In this document: in pieces, positions 30,633 through 40,809 of the stretch
Numbering within the stretch: the stretch's first letter is position 1
Layout of the letters: every line of letters begins with the position of its first letter
Source: a candidate division FCPU426 bacterium
Lineage (GTDB): Bacteria > Oederibacteriota > Muellerivitia > Muellerivitales > Muellerivitaceae
Length of the DNA: 64,000 nucleotides
NCBI GenBank assembly: GCA_963719085.1
Contig: CAVRAL010000001.1
Coordinates: 128,001-192,000, forward strand
Reading direction: 5' to 3'
Notes under the pieces: model-generated
Told to the model about the DNA's origin: nothing
The model's database searches: none
What the model saw: only the letters and a program-made list of their open reading frames with translations
Translations under genes and position numbers: made by a program

Positions 30633-32879
30633 ATGATTATTTCGGCCCTTCTCTTTTTCTTCACTTTTTTCTTCTATTTGCGCACCCATTGCGCTTCTTT
30701 CAACATCAACGACTCGGGCGAAACCATCATGGTTTGCGACCTTTTAACCGTCGGCCATTCGCCGGGCTATCCGCTCCACGCCCTTTGGGGCCGGGTTTTT
30801 TGCTTGTTGCCCATGGGACAGCCCATGTTCCGAGTGACCCTTTGTTCCATGTTCACCGGCGCCGTCGCGGTGGTGATTCTTTATTGGACCTTGAAGCTGG
30901 TTCTCAAGGAACATCTTTATAGCGGGGGCAAGCTGATCGATAACGACCCTTCGGGCGTGCGGGTCAGCCAATGGCTTTATGAGTGGCCCGCCATTTTTGG
31001 AAGCTTGTGTTTCGCTTTTTCCTACCAGCATTGGTTCCAGGTGGGCGGCTGTAAGGGCGGCATTTACGCGCTGAACACTTTCTTCTCGCTCATGATGCTT
31101 TTCTTGGTTTTCAAATTACGGGAACAAGGCTGGTTTATCCGGTCCTTTTACCTGATGGGTTATTTTTTCAGCCTGGGGCTGGCCCACCATTGGCCCAGCT
31201 CCGGGGTTTTGGTGCCTTGTCTTTTCTGGCTCCTCATCAACAGCCAAAACCGGGTGCCGGTTCCCGCGTTTTTGAGGTTGCTGGTCAATCCGGTGGCCAT
31301 CTTCACCGTGCTTTTGGTTTTTATGGGTTCTTTTTTAATCACCGGCTCCAATTTAATCTTGGGCCTGGCGTTCACCTCGCTGTTCGTGGTTTCTTACACG
31401 GCCATCCGTATTTTTGGCCTGACCCATTACCTGCGCTTCTTTACTTTTTCCGTGATCGGCGTGACCCCTTATCTTTATCTGACCTTCCGGTCCATCCACG
31501 CCCCCATCGTCAATTGGTGGAATCCCGACAACTTCGACCGGCTCTGGGGGACCATTATCCGCAAGGGCTATCAGGACATTGGGGAAAAGCGGGGCTGGGA
31601 AACCTTTCACCGCAATTTCATGCGCTTTTGGTTCCACGCGCACAATCAATTCGGCGACATCTTCACCTTCCTCGTCTTCGCGCTGGCTTTGTGGGGGCTT
31701 TATTGGCTTTGGAAAAAACAACGGGCTAACGCCATTGGTTTCGTGCTTTTCGCCTTCGCCGTTTTCGCCGCCGTGCTTCTTTTCCCCAATCCACTGGAAG
31801 GCTACCAGTGGACGCTGGACAACTTTTTCACCCCCGTATTTCTCATTTTCTCGATCCTGGCCGCCGCGGGGATGGCCAGCTTGATCCAGTTCGCCTTCAA
31901 CCACTGGACCGATATTAGGGCCCGGGGCGCCATCGGCGGATTTTGCCTGGGACTGGCCTTTTTACCGATGGAGCTCAACTATCACGCCGATGACCAAAGC
32001 CGTTACGTAAGCGCCTATGATTACGGCGTCAACATGCTCAAAAGCGTCAACCGCAACGCGGTCATTTTTTGCAACGGGGATATCGACATCCTGCCCCTTT
32101 GGTACATGCAATACGTGCTGGGCAAAAGGCCCGAGGTGGTCAGCTTCACCATGCAGTTGATCCCTTACGATTGGTACCGGAATCCTTTAATGAAAAGATC
32201 GCCCTTCCTTTATGTGCCCGTGGGCCAGGATGTGCGCCCCGAGACCGTGGTGCAGGACATGATCAACGCCCATTCCGGGGAGAAGTCATTTTATTACACG
32301 AACATTTTCACGGCCGAATGGATGCGCAATAACAATCCCTCCATTCCTGAGGGCTTCATGTGGCGCATGACCAACAGCAAGGATCTGAATTATCCCTTTG
32401 ATTCCAACCGCTTGAATGGCTATTGGTCCACCTACCGGCTGCGGGACATGGACGCGCCGGAGCGGGGTTATTGGGATGAGTACACGGACGTCATGAAGGA
32501 CTCTTACGGCATCGGCTACGATTTCACCGGCTATTTCGGTTACATGAATAAATTGCCCCAGTTGGCGCTGTGGAGTTTCGGCAACGCCTTGCGCTACCGC
32601 CAGCCCCAAACCCTTTCGCGCATTTACATGATGCTGGGTGAGACCTACTTGATGACGAACAACGGCGGGGGCGCCATGCCTTGTTACGAGGAAGTCTTGC
32701 GGCGGGAACCGAATAATCCTTTCGCCATGGCCCGGATCGGGAAATGTTATTTCCTCATGAAAGACTTGGCCAACGCCGAACAGGCGTACCGGGCTTCGCT
32801 GGCCGTGAATCCCCAGCAGAAGGAAGCTTTGGACGGCCTGGAAGAACTCGGTAACCTGGAGAAAAAGGCCGGAAAGTAG
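30633..32879 (+). CDS. DUF2723 / TMEM260-like GT-C membrane protein with C-terminal TPRs
   Basis: DSGE....L...H.PGYPL N-terminal motif; L.HH; YLYL..R; NGD....LWY.Q; TPR tail. Confidence 0.8.
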   Translation: MIISALLFFFTFFFYLRTHCASFNINDSGETIMVCDLLTVGHSPGYPLHALWGRVFCLLPMGQPMFRVTLCSMFTGAVAVVILYWTLKLVLKEHLYSGGKLIDNDPSGVRVSQWLYEWPAIFGSLCFAFSYQHWFQVGGCKGGIYALNTFFSLMMLFLVFKLREQGWFIRSFYLMGYFFSLGLAHHWPSSGVLVPCLFWLLINSQNRVPVPAFLRLLVNPVAIFTVLLVFMGSFLITGSNLILGLAFTSLFVVSYTAIRIFGLTHYLRFFTFSVIGVTPYLYLTFRSIHAPIVNWWNPDNFDRLWGTIIRKGYQDIGEKRGWETFHRNFMRFWFHAHNQFGDIFTFLVFALALWGLYWLWKKQRANAIGFVLFAFAVFAAVLLFPNPLEGYQWTLDNFFTPVFLIFSILAAAGMASLIQFAFNHWTDIRARGAIGGFCLGLAFLPMELNYHADDQSRYVSAYDYGVNMLKSVNRNAVIFCNGDIDILPLWYMQYVLGKRPEVVSFTMQLIPYDWYRNPLMKRSPFLYVPVGQDVRPETVVQDMINAHSGEKSFYYTNIFTAEWMRNNNPSIPEGFMWRMTNSKDLNYPFDSNRLNGYWSTYRLRDMDAPERGYWDEYTDVMKDSYGIGYDFTGYFGYMNKLPQLALWSFGNALRYRQPQTLSRIYMMLGETYLMTNNGGGAMPCYEEVLRREPNNPFAMARIGKCYFLMKDLANAEQAYRASLAVNPQQKEALDGLEELGNLEKKAGK

Positions 32880-32883
32880 TTTC

Positions 32884-33675
32884 GTGGGATCCCGTAACCT
32901 TCAACTCATTGTGCAGTATGACGGCACCCCCTACGCGGGCTGGCAAAAGCAAAGGGGTTTGGAAACCGTCCAGGGAACGCTGGAAGAGCGGCTTTCCGAA
33001 ATCGCCGGGCATCCGGTGGATCTTTTAGTGGCGGGCCGCACCGACGCGGGCGTCCACGCCCTGGGACAAACCGCCAACTTTCACACCCACTCCTCCATGC
33101 CGGTCAAGCAAGTCCAAGAGGTCGTCAACCGGCTTTTGCCCCACAGCGTCCGCGTGGCTAGGGTACGGGAAGTTCCCGCCGCTTTTCACGCCACTTATCA
33201 CGCTTCCGCCAAGCTTTACCGCTATGTCATCCGCAATCATCCGGACTACACGGTTTTCGACCGGCATTTTTACCACCATGTGCGCCGGACTTTGGATGTT
33301 TCCCTCATGCAAAAAGCCGCCCATCAGTTTGAGGGAAGCCACGATTTCACTTCCTTCCGGGGTGTCCTGGGCCGGCACGCGAACCCGGTCCGGGTGATGA
33401 AAAAGATCCGGGTGACCCGCAAGGGTTCGGATGTTTATTTGGATTACCTGGGCCACTCCTTTTTACACCAGATGGTGCGCATCCTCAGCGGGACGCTGGT
33501 CTACGCCGGTTGGGAAAAACTCAAGCCCGAGGACATGCGGATGATTCTGGACGCCAAGGACCGGATGAAAGCCGGGCCCACCCTTCCGCCCACCGGCCTT
33601 TTTTTGATGAAGGTTTTTTATCCGAAAACTTTTCCACCCGTGCGCAATCGCCGCGGAGCCGGGCCGGAAGAATGA
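32884..33675 (+). CDS. truA: tRNA pseudouridine(38-40) synthase
   Basis: YDGT...GWQ.Q, AGRTDAGVHA.GQ, G.HDF.SF, FL..MVR, P.GLFL. Confidence 0.95.
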   Translation: MGSRNLQLIVQYDGTPYAGWQKQRGLETVQGTLEERLSEIAGHPVDLLVAGRTDAGVHALGQTANFHTHSSMPVKQVQEVVNRLLPHSVRVARVREVPAAFHATYHASAKLYRYVIRNHPDYTVFDRHFYHHVRRTLDVSLMQKAAHQFEGSHDFTSFRGVLGRHANPVRVMKKIRVTRKGSDVYLDYLGHSFLHQMVRILSGTLVYAGWEKLKPEDMRMILDAKDRMKAGPTLPPTGLFLMKVFYPKTFPPVRNRRGAGPEE

Positions 33676-34214
33676 GTCTTTTAAGGCTGGGCGGTTTGGG
33701 GCTTTTATTAAGCGTCTTTGTTTTTTGGCAGGACCCCGTGATGGACTTTAGGCTTCATCACCCCGAATTGATCGGCCGGTTGATCCTTCTTTATGGGTTT
33801 CCCTGGCTCATCGGCGTCACGCTCTTGGCATTGGGGCCCGACTTGTTTATCCTGGAAAACGTTTGGAGGGGCTGGCTCTTAGGGACCTTCTGGTTTTGCG
33901 GCCTGCCTTGGCTCTTGGTGTGGTGTTTCCTTTGGTCCCGATTGGTTTCCCCCGGTCATTGGCAAGTGTTGACTTTGGCGGACGGTTTGGGAATTGGTTG
34001 TGCTTTGGCTTTAGGGCTGGCGGGATGGATGAGCGTGGAGGGCCGTGAAAGCCGAATTTGGTTTTCGCGCGCTTTTGGCTGGATTGTTTTTTACGAGTCT
34101 GTCTTGAATCTTTTTTTACAGCCTGGTCTCTGGTTTTTGGCCTTTTCCGCCTGCGGCGCGGGATTGATTTTATGGGCGACATTCGCCCCACGAAGGATCA
34201 GCGATGGCTTATGA
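33672..34214 (+). CDS. hypothetical membrane protein
   Basis: ATGA overlap with truA; hydrophobic; overlaps start of next gene. Confidence 0.55.
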   Translation: MSLLRLGGLGLLLSVFVFWQDPVMDFRLHHPELIGRLILLYGFPWLIGVTLLALGPDLFILENVWRGWLLGTFWFCGLPWLLVWCFLWSRLVSPGHWQVLTLADGLGIGCALALGLAGWMSVEGRESRIWFSRAFGWIVFYESVLNLFLQPGLWFLAFSACGAGLILWATFAPRRISDGL

Positions 34215-35652
34215 ATCCCTGGACGCCTTTATCGAGTTTCTTGAGAAAAAAGGCGAACTTGTCCGCGTCAAAGAAGAAGTCGATCCAGTCCTTGAAGTCA
34301 CCGCCATCGTGGATAAAGTCTCCAAGTCGCCGGAGGGGGGCAAAGCCCTTCTTTTTGAGAAACCCAAAGGCAGCGCTTACCCGCTTTTGATCAACGCGTT
34401 TGGCTCGACCCGCCGCATGGCCTGGGCGCTCGGCGTGGGGAATCTGGAAGAGCACGCCCAGGCGATCCGGGAGCTGCTTGACCTGAAACCGCCCAAGGGT
34501 TTGATGGACAAAATTAAGTTCCTTCCCAAATTGGCGGAAGTGGCTAAATTCCCACCGGTGGAAATTTCCAAAGGCGCCTGCCAGGAAGTCGTTGAAAAAG
34601 ATCCGGACCTCCACACCTTACCGATCTTGAAATGCTGGCCCGAGGATGGCGGCCGCTTTATTACCTTGCCCTTGGTTTACACGAAGGACCCCGAAACGGG
34701 CGTCGGCAATATCGGCATGTACCGCCTGCAGATCCATGATTCCAAATCCACCGGCATGCATTGGCAGGTGCATCATGGGGGGGCGGGGCACCATCGCAAG
34801 GCGGAGAAAATGGGGAAGCGGCTCGAGGTGGCGGTGGCCATTGGAGGCGACCCGGCCCTGACTTACGCGGCGACAGCGCCTTTGCCCGAAGGCATTGATG
34901 AGCTTTTATTCGCCGGTTTTTTGAGAAAAAAACCCGTGGAATTGGTGAAGTGCAAGACGGTTGATTTATGGGTGCACGCCGACGCGGACTTTGTTTTGGA
35001 AGGCTACGTGGAGCCGGGCGAGCGCAAGCGGGAAGGCCCCTTCGGCGACCATACGGGCTATTACAGTTTGGCCGACGACTATCCGGTTTTCCATGTCACC
35101 GCCCTGACCCACCGGAAAAAACCGGTTTACCTGACCACGATTGTGGGCAAACCCCCGATGGAAGACGGTTATTTGGGTAAAGCCACCGAGCGTTTGTTTC
35201 TTCCGCTGCTTCAAAAAGTTTTGCCGGAAATTGTCGACATGGACATGCCGGTCGAGGGGATTTTCCATAATTTGGTGATTGTTTCCATCGATAAACAATA
35301 TCCCCAACAGGCCCGCAAGGTCATGTTCGCCCTCTGGGGGCTGGGCCAGATGATGCTCAATAAAATCCTCGTCGTGGTGGATAAGGATACGGATGTGCAT
35401 AACTACGGTCAGGTGCTTTGGCGGGTGGGCAATTGCATGGACGCCAAACGGGATACCTTGATTGTGGACGGGCCTTTGGATGTGCTGGACCACGCCTCGC
35501 CCCAATGGGGCTGGGGCGGCAAGATCGGCATCGACGCCACCCGCAAATGGAAAGAAGAGGGGTTTAACCGGGAATGGCCGGACGAATTAACGATGGACCC
35601 GAAGGTCCAGGAGAAGGTTTTGCCGATCCTTAAAAAATACGGTTTCCTTTAA
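34204..35652 (+). CDS. ubiD: UbiD-family menaquinone biosynthesis decarboxylase (MqnL-like)
   Basis: N.GMYR.Q, EGPFGDHTGYY, GKPPMED, K.GIDAT. Confidence 0.9.
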   Translation: MAYESLDAFIEFLEKKGELVRVKEEVDPVLEVTAIVDKVSKSPEGGKALLFEKPKGSAYPLLINAFGSTRRMAWALGVGNLEEHAQAIRELLDLKPPKGLMDKIKFLPKLAEVAKFPPVEISKGACQEVVEKDPDLHTLPILKCWPEDGGRFITLPLVYTKDPETGVGNIGMYRLQIHDSKSTGMHWQVHHGGAGHHRKAEKMGKRLEVAVAIGGDPALTYAATAPLPEGIDELLFAGFLRKKPVELVKCKTVDLWVHADADFVLEGYVEPGERKREGPFGDHTGYYSLADDYPVFHVTALTHRKKPVYLTTIVGKPPMEDGYLGKATERLFLPLLQKVLPEIVDMDMPVEGIFHNLVIVSIDKQYPQQARKVMFALWGLGQMMLNKILVVVDKDTDVHNYGQVLWRVGNCMDAKRDTLIVDGPLDVLDHASPQWGWGGKIGIDATRKWKEEGFNREWPDELTMDPKVQEKVLPILKKYGFL

Positions 35653-35771
35653 GCGGAAACCGTCTGCCTAAACGTAACCTGGATTTTCCATTGATTATTT
35701 GCTTCGCCCCGCCTCTTTTTCTAAACTCCAACCAGACCTAAATTGAATCAAAGGATTGGAAGGAGACAGTT

Positions 35772-36122
35772 ATGGCATTGACAAAAGAGCAGGTTTTAAA
35801 GGAATTGAAAGCCGATCATGTGGTGATTTTGAATGTTTTGCCTGAAGCGGAGTATCGAAAGCTCCACATCAAAGGCTCCCGAAACCTCCCGTTGGGAGAG
35901 GACTCCGGCGCCTTTCTCGACGCCGTCGAGGAACAATTCGGACGGGGTAAGTTGTTCATCACTTATTGCGCCGGACCGAGTTGTTCCGCCGGTCCCCACG
36001 CGGCAAAGCTTCTGAATGAAAATGGATTCAAGGCCGAGGATTATCCCGGTGGTATCGAGGAATGGCATGACAATGGATTGCCGGTGGAAGGAAGCATGGA
36101 AGAAGTTCCATTGAAGGCTTAA
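35772..36122 (+). CDS. rhodanese-like domain protein
   Basis: HIKGS.NLP, TYCAGPSC, YPGGI.EW. Confidence 0.85.
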   Translation: MALTKEQVLKELKADHVVILNVLPEAEYRKLHIKGSRNLPLGEDSGAFLDAVEEQFGRGKLFITYCAGPSCSAGPHAAKLLNENGFKAEDYPGGIEEWHDNGLPVEGSMEEVPLKA

Positions 36123-36151
36123 TTTTCAGGGTTTTAATAAAGTTTTAAAGT

Positions 36152-36187
36152 AAAGGCCTGTTTTCCTAGGGGAAGGCGGGCCTTTTT
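36152..36187 (+). terminator. intrinsic terminator after rhodanese gene
   Basis: AAAGGCCTGTTTTCC-TAGG-GGAAGGCGGGCCTTTTT. Confidence 0.6.
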
Positions 36188-36248
36188 ATTTTGATTAAAA
36201 TTGGTTATAAAAGTCCCTCGGCCGCATACCCAAAGACCAAGGAATGCC

Positions 36249-36932
36249 ATGAGCCAAACCATCCAGCAGATGTTTTCCCGCATTGCCCCGACCTATGACC
36301 AGGCCAATCACGCCCTGTCCTTCAATAAAGACATTCAGTGGCGTAAAGATGCGGTAAGCCAAGCGGCCCAAGACGGCTTCAAGCCCCGTCTGGTTCTGGA
36401 TCTTTGCGCGGGTACGGGGGATTTCGCGCTGGCGGTAAAGGAACAATGGCCCGAGGCCAAGGTCGCGCTGGCCGATTTCGCCAAGCCCATGTTGGTCTTG
36501 GCCAAACAAAAAGCGGGAACCAGCTTTGATTACTTGGAGGCGGACGCCTTGAAACTGCCTTTCCAAGATTTTTCTTTCGATTTGGTGGTTTGCGGTTTCG
36601 GGGTCCGGAACCTGGACTCGGTGGAAGCGGGGCTCAAAGAAATCGCCCGGGTCTTGAAGCCCGGCGGCAAGGCCGTGATCCTTGAGTTTTTTAAACCCAC
36701 GGGCTTTTTGGCCAAACTGGCCTATACCTTTTATGTGGGGACGATTCTTCCGATGCGGGGCGGCGCCATTTCCAAGGATAAAGCCGCTTACGAGTATCTG
36801 CAAAAGTCCTCCAAGCAATTTTTGTCCTTGAACGATTTCAAAGCGATCTTGGAAAAAAACGGGTTTAAGGATGTCATGGTTAAGAGCCAAACGATGGGTG
36901 TGGCGGCTAGTTTGGTGGCGGTAAGGAAGTAA
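36249..36932 (+). CDS. ubiE: demethylmenaquinone methyltransferase (UbiE/MenG)
   Basis: MFSRIAP.YD..NH.LS, LDLCAGTGD, FGVRN, RVLKPGG, AYEYL..S. Confidence 0.92.
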   Translation: MSQTIQQMFSRIAPTYDQANHALSFNKDIQWRKDAVSQAAQDGFKPRLVLDLCAGTGDFALAVKEQWPEAKVALADFAKPMLVLAKQKAGTSFDYLEADALKLPFQDFSFDLVVCGFGVRNLDSVEAGLKEIARVLKPGGKAVILEFFKPTGFLAKLAYTFYVGTILPMRGGAISKDKAAYEYLQKSSKQFLSLNDFKAILEKNGFKDVMVKSQTMGVAASLVAVRK

Positions 36933-37043
36933 GTGACGGCAACTTTATTAACCGTCATTGCGACGCGGCAATCTCAGTTTGTGGGTTGTTTTTGGAGGTG
37001 ACGTCTTAATTCCACAAATTCAAAATGGGAAGATAAAGGAAAT

Positions 37044-37619
37044 ATGAAAAAAATATTTATCGCTGTCACCGGGGCTTCCGGCACACTCTATGCCCGGCGC
37101 TTCTTCCAGCACCTTCCCTATGACGATTGGGAAGTGCATGCTTGCGTGTCATCATCCGCCCGAATCGTGGCTTCGCATGAAGGGGGATTGAACCTGCCGC
37201 CGCACGTCAAAGAGTGGGATGAGAAAGACCTGACGGCTCCCGTGGCCAGCGGCTCCAACAAATTCGAGGCCATGGTGGCGGTGCCTTGTTCCACGGCGAC
37301 TTTAGGCAAGCTGGCCCATGGGATCGCCGATAACCTGATCACCCGGGCGGGCGAGGTTTTTTTAAAGGAACGCCGGAGGCTCATCCTGGTCCAACGGGAA
37401 ACGCCCCTGTCGCTGATCCAGATCAAAAACATGGAACTCTTGACCTTGGCGGGCGCCCATCTGATTCCGGCCAACCCGAGCTTTTACGGACAACCCAAAA
37501 CGATCGAGGATTTGGCCGATACGGTGATTGCCCGGGTTTACGACCACGCCGGGATCCAGGCTGAGGTCGCCAAACGCTGGCGGGCCGAGGAAGCCCGTAA
37601 GCTTCCGAACGAAAAATAA
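37044..37619 (+). CDS. ubiX: flavin prenyltransferase
   Basis: TGASG, ASGS, PCS, NLITRA..V.LKERR.L, RETPLS, P.FY..P. Confidence 0.93.
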   Translation: MKKIFIAVTGASGTLYARRFFQHLPYDDWEVHACVSSSARIVASHEGGLNLPPHVKEWDEKDLTAPVASGSNKFEAMVAVPCSTATLGKLAHGIADNLITRAGEVFLKERRRLILVQRETPLSLIQIKNMELLTLAGAHLIPANPSFYGQPKTIEDLADTVIARVYDHAGIQAEVAKRWRAEEARKLPNEK

Positions 37620-37836
37620 GTTAAAAAACAAAGCCGCCGGGGGTGCCTTGGGGGCGGGCTTTTGAATATAATCTCCCCGCTTCGCCCAAAGGCGAAAAGC
37701 GCTGCGCCGGGCAGGTCCGGCTTCGTTTAAAGCCAAAAACCGATGTGTTAGATATAGCTCGTAGAGTCCAGGGAATATAACGCTGTACGTGACGGGCATG
37801 CCCGGCGTAGCGCAGCGAAGACGGGAAAGGGAAGAA

Positions 37837-38706
37837 ATGCTCAAGCAACTCAAAGACTGGTCCAACCTGATTGTTTTGTCCCATTCGGTTTTCGCCCTGC
37901 CTTTCGCTTTGGCGAGCCTTTTGGTGGCGACCCGTCATCAACCTTCCGGGCATCTGACCTTGCTGGTTATTTTGGCCATGTTTTTCGCCCGCACCGCCGC
38001 GATGGCCTACAACCGGGTCGTGGACGCGGATATGGACGCCTTAAATCCCCGGACCCAGAACCGGGAAATCCCCTCAGGCAAAATTTCAAAGATACACGTT
38101 TTGATATTGACCTGGCTGTCCGCCGCCGGCTTTTTGGCCGCCTGTTATTTCATTGGGGGATTGGCGTTTAAATTGTCACCGCTGGCTCTTTTCATCATCT
38201 TTTTTTATTCCCAAACCAAGCGCTATACCTGGCTTTGTCACCTGGTCTTAGGGCTGGCTTTGGGGCTGGCGCCCATGGGGGCTTGGATCGCCGCCCGGGG
38301 AACGATTGACGCCGCGCCCTTTTTTCTTTTACTGGGTGTGCTTTGTTTCGTGGCGGGCTTTGACATTCTTTACGCCATCAAGGACGTGGCCTTTGACAAA
38401 ACCCATGGGCTTCATTCCTGGCCGGAGCGTTGGGGCATTCGCTCCAGTTTGAGGGCGTCTCGAATTCTGCATTTCGCCATGTTGGGATTTCTGGCCGGTT
38501 TCGGGGTTCTGGCGCAGTTAAGCCCCATTTATATTTACGGGCTTACCTTGATCGGCGTTTTCCTGATTTATCAGCATTCGAGAATTTTCACCTATGAACG
38601 GGACCGTAAAAGCGGGGAGTTCGTCCTGCCCATCGACGTTTTGAGCTTGAACGGATGGGTTTCGGTTATTTTCCTCGTCATCGTGGGAGCGAGCCTATGG
38701 TTTTAA
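37837..38706 (+). CDS. ubiA: UbiA-family prenyltransferase (MqnP-like)
   Basis: HSVFALPFA, ARTAAMAYNR.VD..D..NPRT..REIP.G, GFDILYA..D..FD. Confidence 0.9.
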   Translation: MLKQLKDWSNLIVLSHSVFALPFALASLLVATRHQPSGHLTLLVILAMFFARTAAMAYNRVVDADMDALNPRTQNREIPSGKISKIHVLILTWLSAAGFLAACYFIGGLAFKLSPLALFIIFFYSQTKRYTWLCHLVLGLALGLAPMGAWIAARGTIDAAPFFLLLGVLCFVAGFDILYAIKDVAFDKTHGLHSWPERWGIRSSLRASRILHFAMLGFLAGFGVLAQLSPIYIYGLTLIGVFLIYQHSRIFTYERDRKSGEFVLPIDVLSLNGWVSVIFLVIVGASLWF

Positions 38707-39818
38707 AGAAATCCATCCAACAGTCGCCGATCCGGGACCTTTACGAAAAGGTCGAGGCGGGAACCCGTATTACGGACGCGGACGCCTTGCGTCTTTTCGA
38801 GACCAATGATCTTTACACCCTGGGCGCCATGGCCAATCTGGTCCGCGAGCGCAAAAACGGCAATAACACCTACTACAACATCAACCGCCACATCGATTAC
38901 ACCAATGTTTGTTCCACGTCCTGTAAGTTTTGCGCCTTCTCCCGCTTTGAGGGGGAAGAAGGGGCTTTTGAGTTCACCCACCAACAGATCGTCCAAAAGG
39001 CCAAAGAGGCGGTTGAGAAGGAACACATCACCGAGCTTCACATCGTGGGCGGGCTTCACCCGACTTATGAGCTGGAATGGTACGAGCAAATGCTGAGCCT
39101 GTTGAAAAAGAACGTCCCCACCGTGCATTTGAAATGTTTCACGGGCGTTGAGATTAATTTTTTCGCCGATAAATACAATATGAGCTACGAGCAGATATTG
39201 ACCCGTTTAAAGGCCGCGGGATTGGACTCCATGCCCGGCGGCGGCGCCGAGATTTTTCATCCCGAGGTCCGCGAGGAAATTTGCCCCGAGAAGGCCACCG
39301 CGGACCAATGGATCGCGGTTCACCGTACGGCCCATAAGCTGGGCCTCAAGACCAACGCCACCATGCTTTACGGCCATATTGAGAAATACCACCACCGCGT
39401 GGACCATATGAGGCGCCTGCGGGAGCTGCAGGATGAAACCGGCGGGTTCCAGACCTTTATCCCCCTGGCCTTTCACCCCGACCATACGGCCATGGATCAT
39501 TTCGCGCGGCCCAGCGGCATGGAAGACTTGAAGACCCTGGCGATCGGCCGGGTTTACCTGGATAATTTCCCTCATATCAAAGCCTACTGGATCATGCTGG
39601 GCATCCGGTTGGCGCAGTTGTCGCTTTCCTATGGGGTGGATGACGTGGATGGAACCGTGATTGAGGAAAAGATTTACCACATGGCCGGCGCCGATACGCC
39701 GGAGATTATGACGGTCGAGGCTTTGCGGGCCGTGATTCGGGAAGCGGGCCGGATGCCCGTGGAACGGGACACGCTTTATCGGGAACTGAAGCCCATGCCG
39801 GAAACGGCTGTAGTCTAA
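38697..39818 (+). CDS. mqnE: aminofutalosine synthase (radical SAM)
   Basis: TNVC...CKFCAF; ELHIVGG.HP; NATMLYGHIE; HIKAYWIMLG; DGTVIEEKIYHMAGA. Confidence 0.9.
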   Translation: MVLKKSIQQSPIRDLYEKVEAGTRITDADALRLFETNDLYTLGAMANLVRERKNGNNTYYNINRHIDYTNVCSTSCKFCAFSRFEGEEGAFEFTHQQIVQKAKEAVEKEHITELHIVGGLHPTYELEWYEQMLSLLKKNVPTVHLKCFTGVEINFFADKYNMSYEQILTRLKAAGLDSMPGGGAEIFHPEVREEICPEKATADQWIAVHRTAHKLGLKTNATMLYGHIEKYHHRVDHMRRLRELQDETGGFQTFIPLAFHPDHTAMDHFARPSGMEDLKTLAIGRVYLDNFPHIKAYWIMLGIRLAQLSLSYGVDDVDGTVIEEKIYHMAGADTPEIMTVEALRAVIREAGRMPVERDTLYRELKPMPETAVV

Positions 39819-39824
39819 AAGGCT

Positions 39825-39913
39825 TTTACCGCCAAGACGCCAAGGAAGTCTTTTGGGGAAAAAATAATCGACGTTCAAAGTTTTTCTTGGTGTCTTTGTG
39901 TCTTGGTGGTGAA
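39825..39913. repeat. REP-like inverted repeat, CCAAG family (copy A3)
   Basis: TTTACCGCCAAGACGCCAAG ... CTTGGTGTCTTTGTGTCTTGGTGGTGAAC; right arm is nearly the exact reverse complement of the A1 left arm. Confidence 0.8.
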
Positions 39914-39954
39914 CAGGTGTAGGTGATTACTTTAATCTGCTCAAAGAGGAAATT

Positions 39955-40809
39955 ATGTCTGAAACAACCCTAACACCGCCCCCCGCTGATTCCACCGTGC
40001 CGGCCGCGGCCCCGGTTGTCGTTGAAGCCCCTCCCGCTAGAAAAAATGTCCGGTCCCGAAAAATCGGAGTGGTGCCATTCTTAAACGCCCAGCCCCTGAT
40101 TTGGGGTTTGGCCCAGATCCATCAATTATCCCAAGTGGCGCCCAACGCCATGGGGAAGGCTTTAAAAGAAGGGTCGCTCGACATCGCTTTGGCTCCCATC
40201 GCGGCCAGCTTTCTCAATCCTGAACTGGTGATCGTTCCCGCGGGAGCCATCGGCTCCAAGGGCGCGGTTAAAAGCGTGAGGCTATTAGTCAATGGCGCAC
40301 CCCAATCCATCCGCCGCTTGTTCGTGGATGACCGCTCTCAAACGTCCGTGCTGCTGTCCCGTTTAATCCTGAAGCGCTGGTTTGGCGTGAAGGATTTGGA
40401 GGTGAAGCCCGTGGACATGAAAAGCTTTCACCCCGGCCAGACCAAGCCCTGGGAAGCGACCCTGGAATTCGGGGACAAGGCCCTGACCGCGGCTCCCTCG
40501 GGCATGACGGTACTTGATTTAGGGGAAGAATGGTCCCGTTATACGGGCCAGCCTTTTGTCTTCGCTGTTTGGATGGCGCGAAATCAGGAAATCGCGGCGG
40601 AGTTGAAGGAACAGTTGGAAGAAGCGAAAGCCCAGGGGCTCCAGCACCTGGAAGAAATCACCAATCAATATCAAGGGATCTGGCAGTTCAAACGCGTGGA
40701 CGCCAAGGCCTACTTGGAAAAAAGCATCGATTATAACTATGGCCCGGCCGAGCAACAGGGCCACGCTGAATTTCAGCGGCTATTAAAAGAAGAGGGGCTC
40801 CTATCATGA
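39955..40809 (+). CDS. mqnA: chorismate dehydratase
   Basis: V.FLNA.PL, IGS.G.VKSV, S.TSV.L, GD.AL, DLGEEW...TG.PFVFAVW. Confidence 0.88.
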   Translation: MSETTLTPPPADSTVPAAAPVVVEAPPARKNVRSRKIGVVPFLNAQPLIWGLAQIHQLSQVAPNAMGKALKEGSLDIALAPIAASFLNPELVIVPAGAIGSKGAVKSVRLLVNGAPQSIRRLFVDDRSQTSVLLSRLILKRWFGVKDLEVKPVDMKSFHPGQTKPWEATLEFGDKALTAAPSGMTVLDLGEEWSRYTGQPFVFAVWMARNQEIAAELKEQLEEAKAQGLQHLEEITNQYQGIWQFKRVDAKAYLEKSIDYNYGPAEQQGHAEFQRLLKEEGLLS

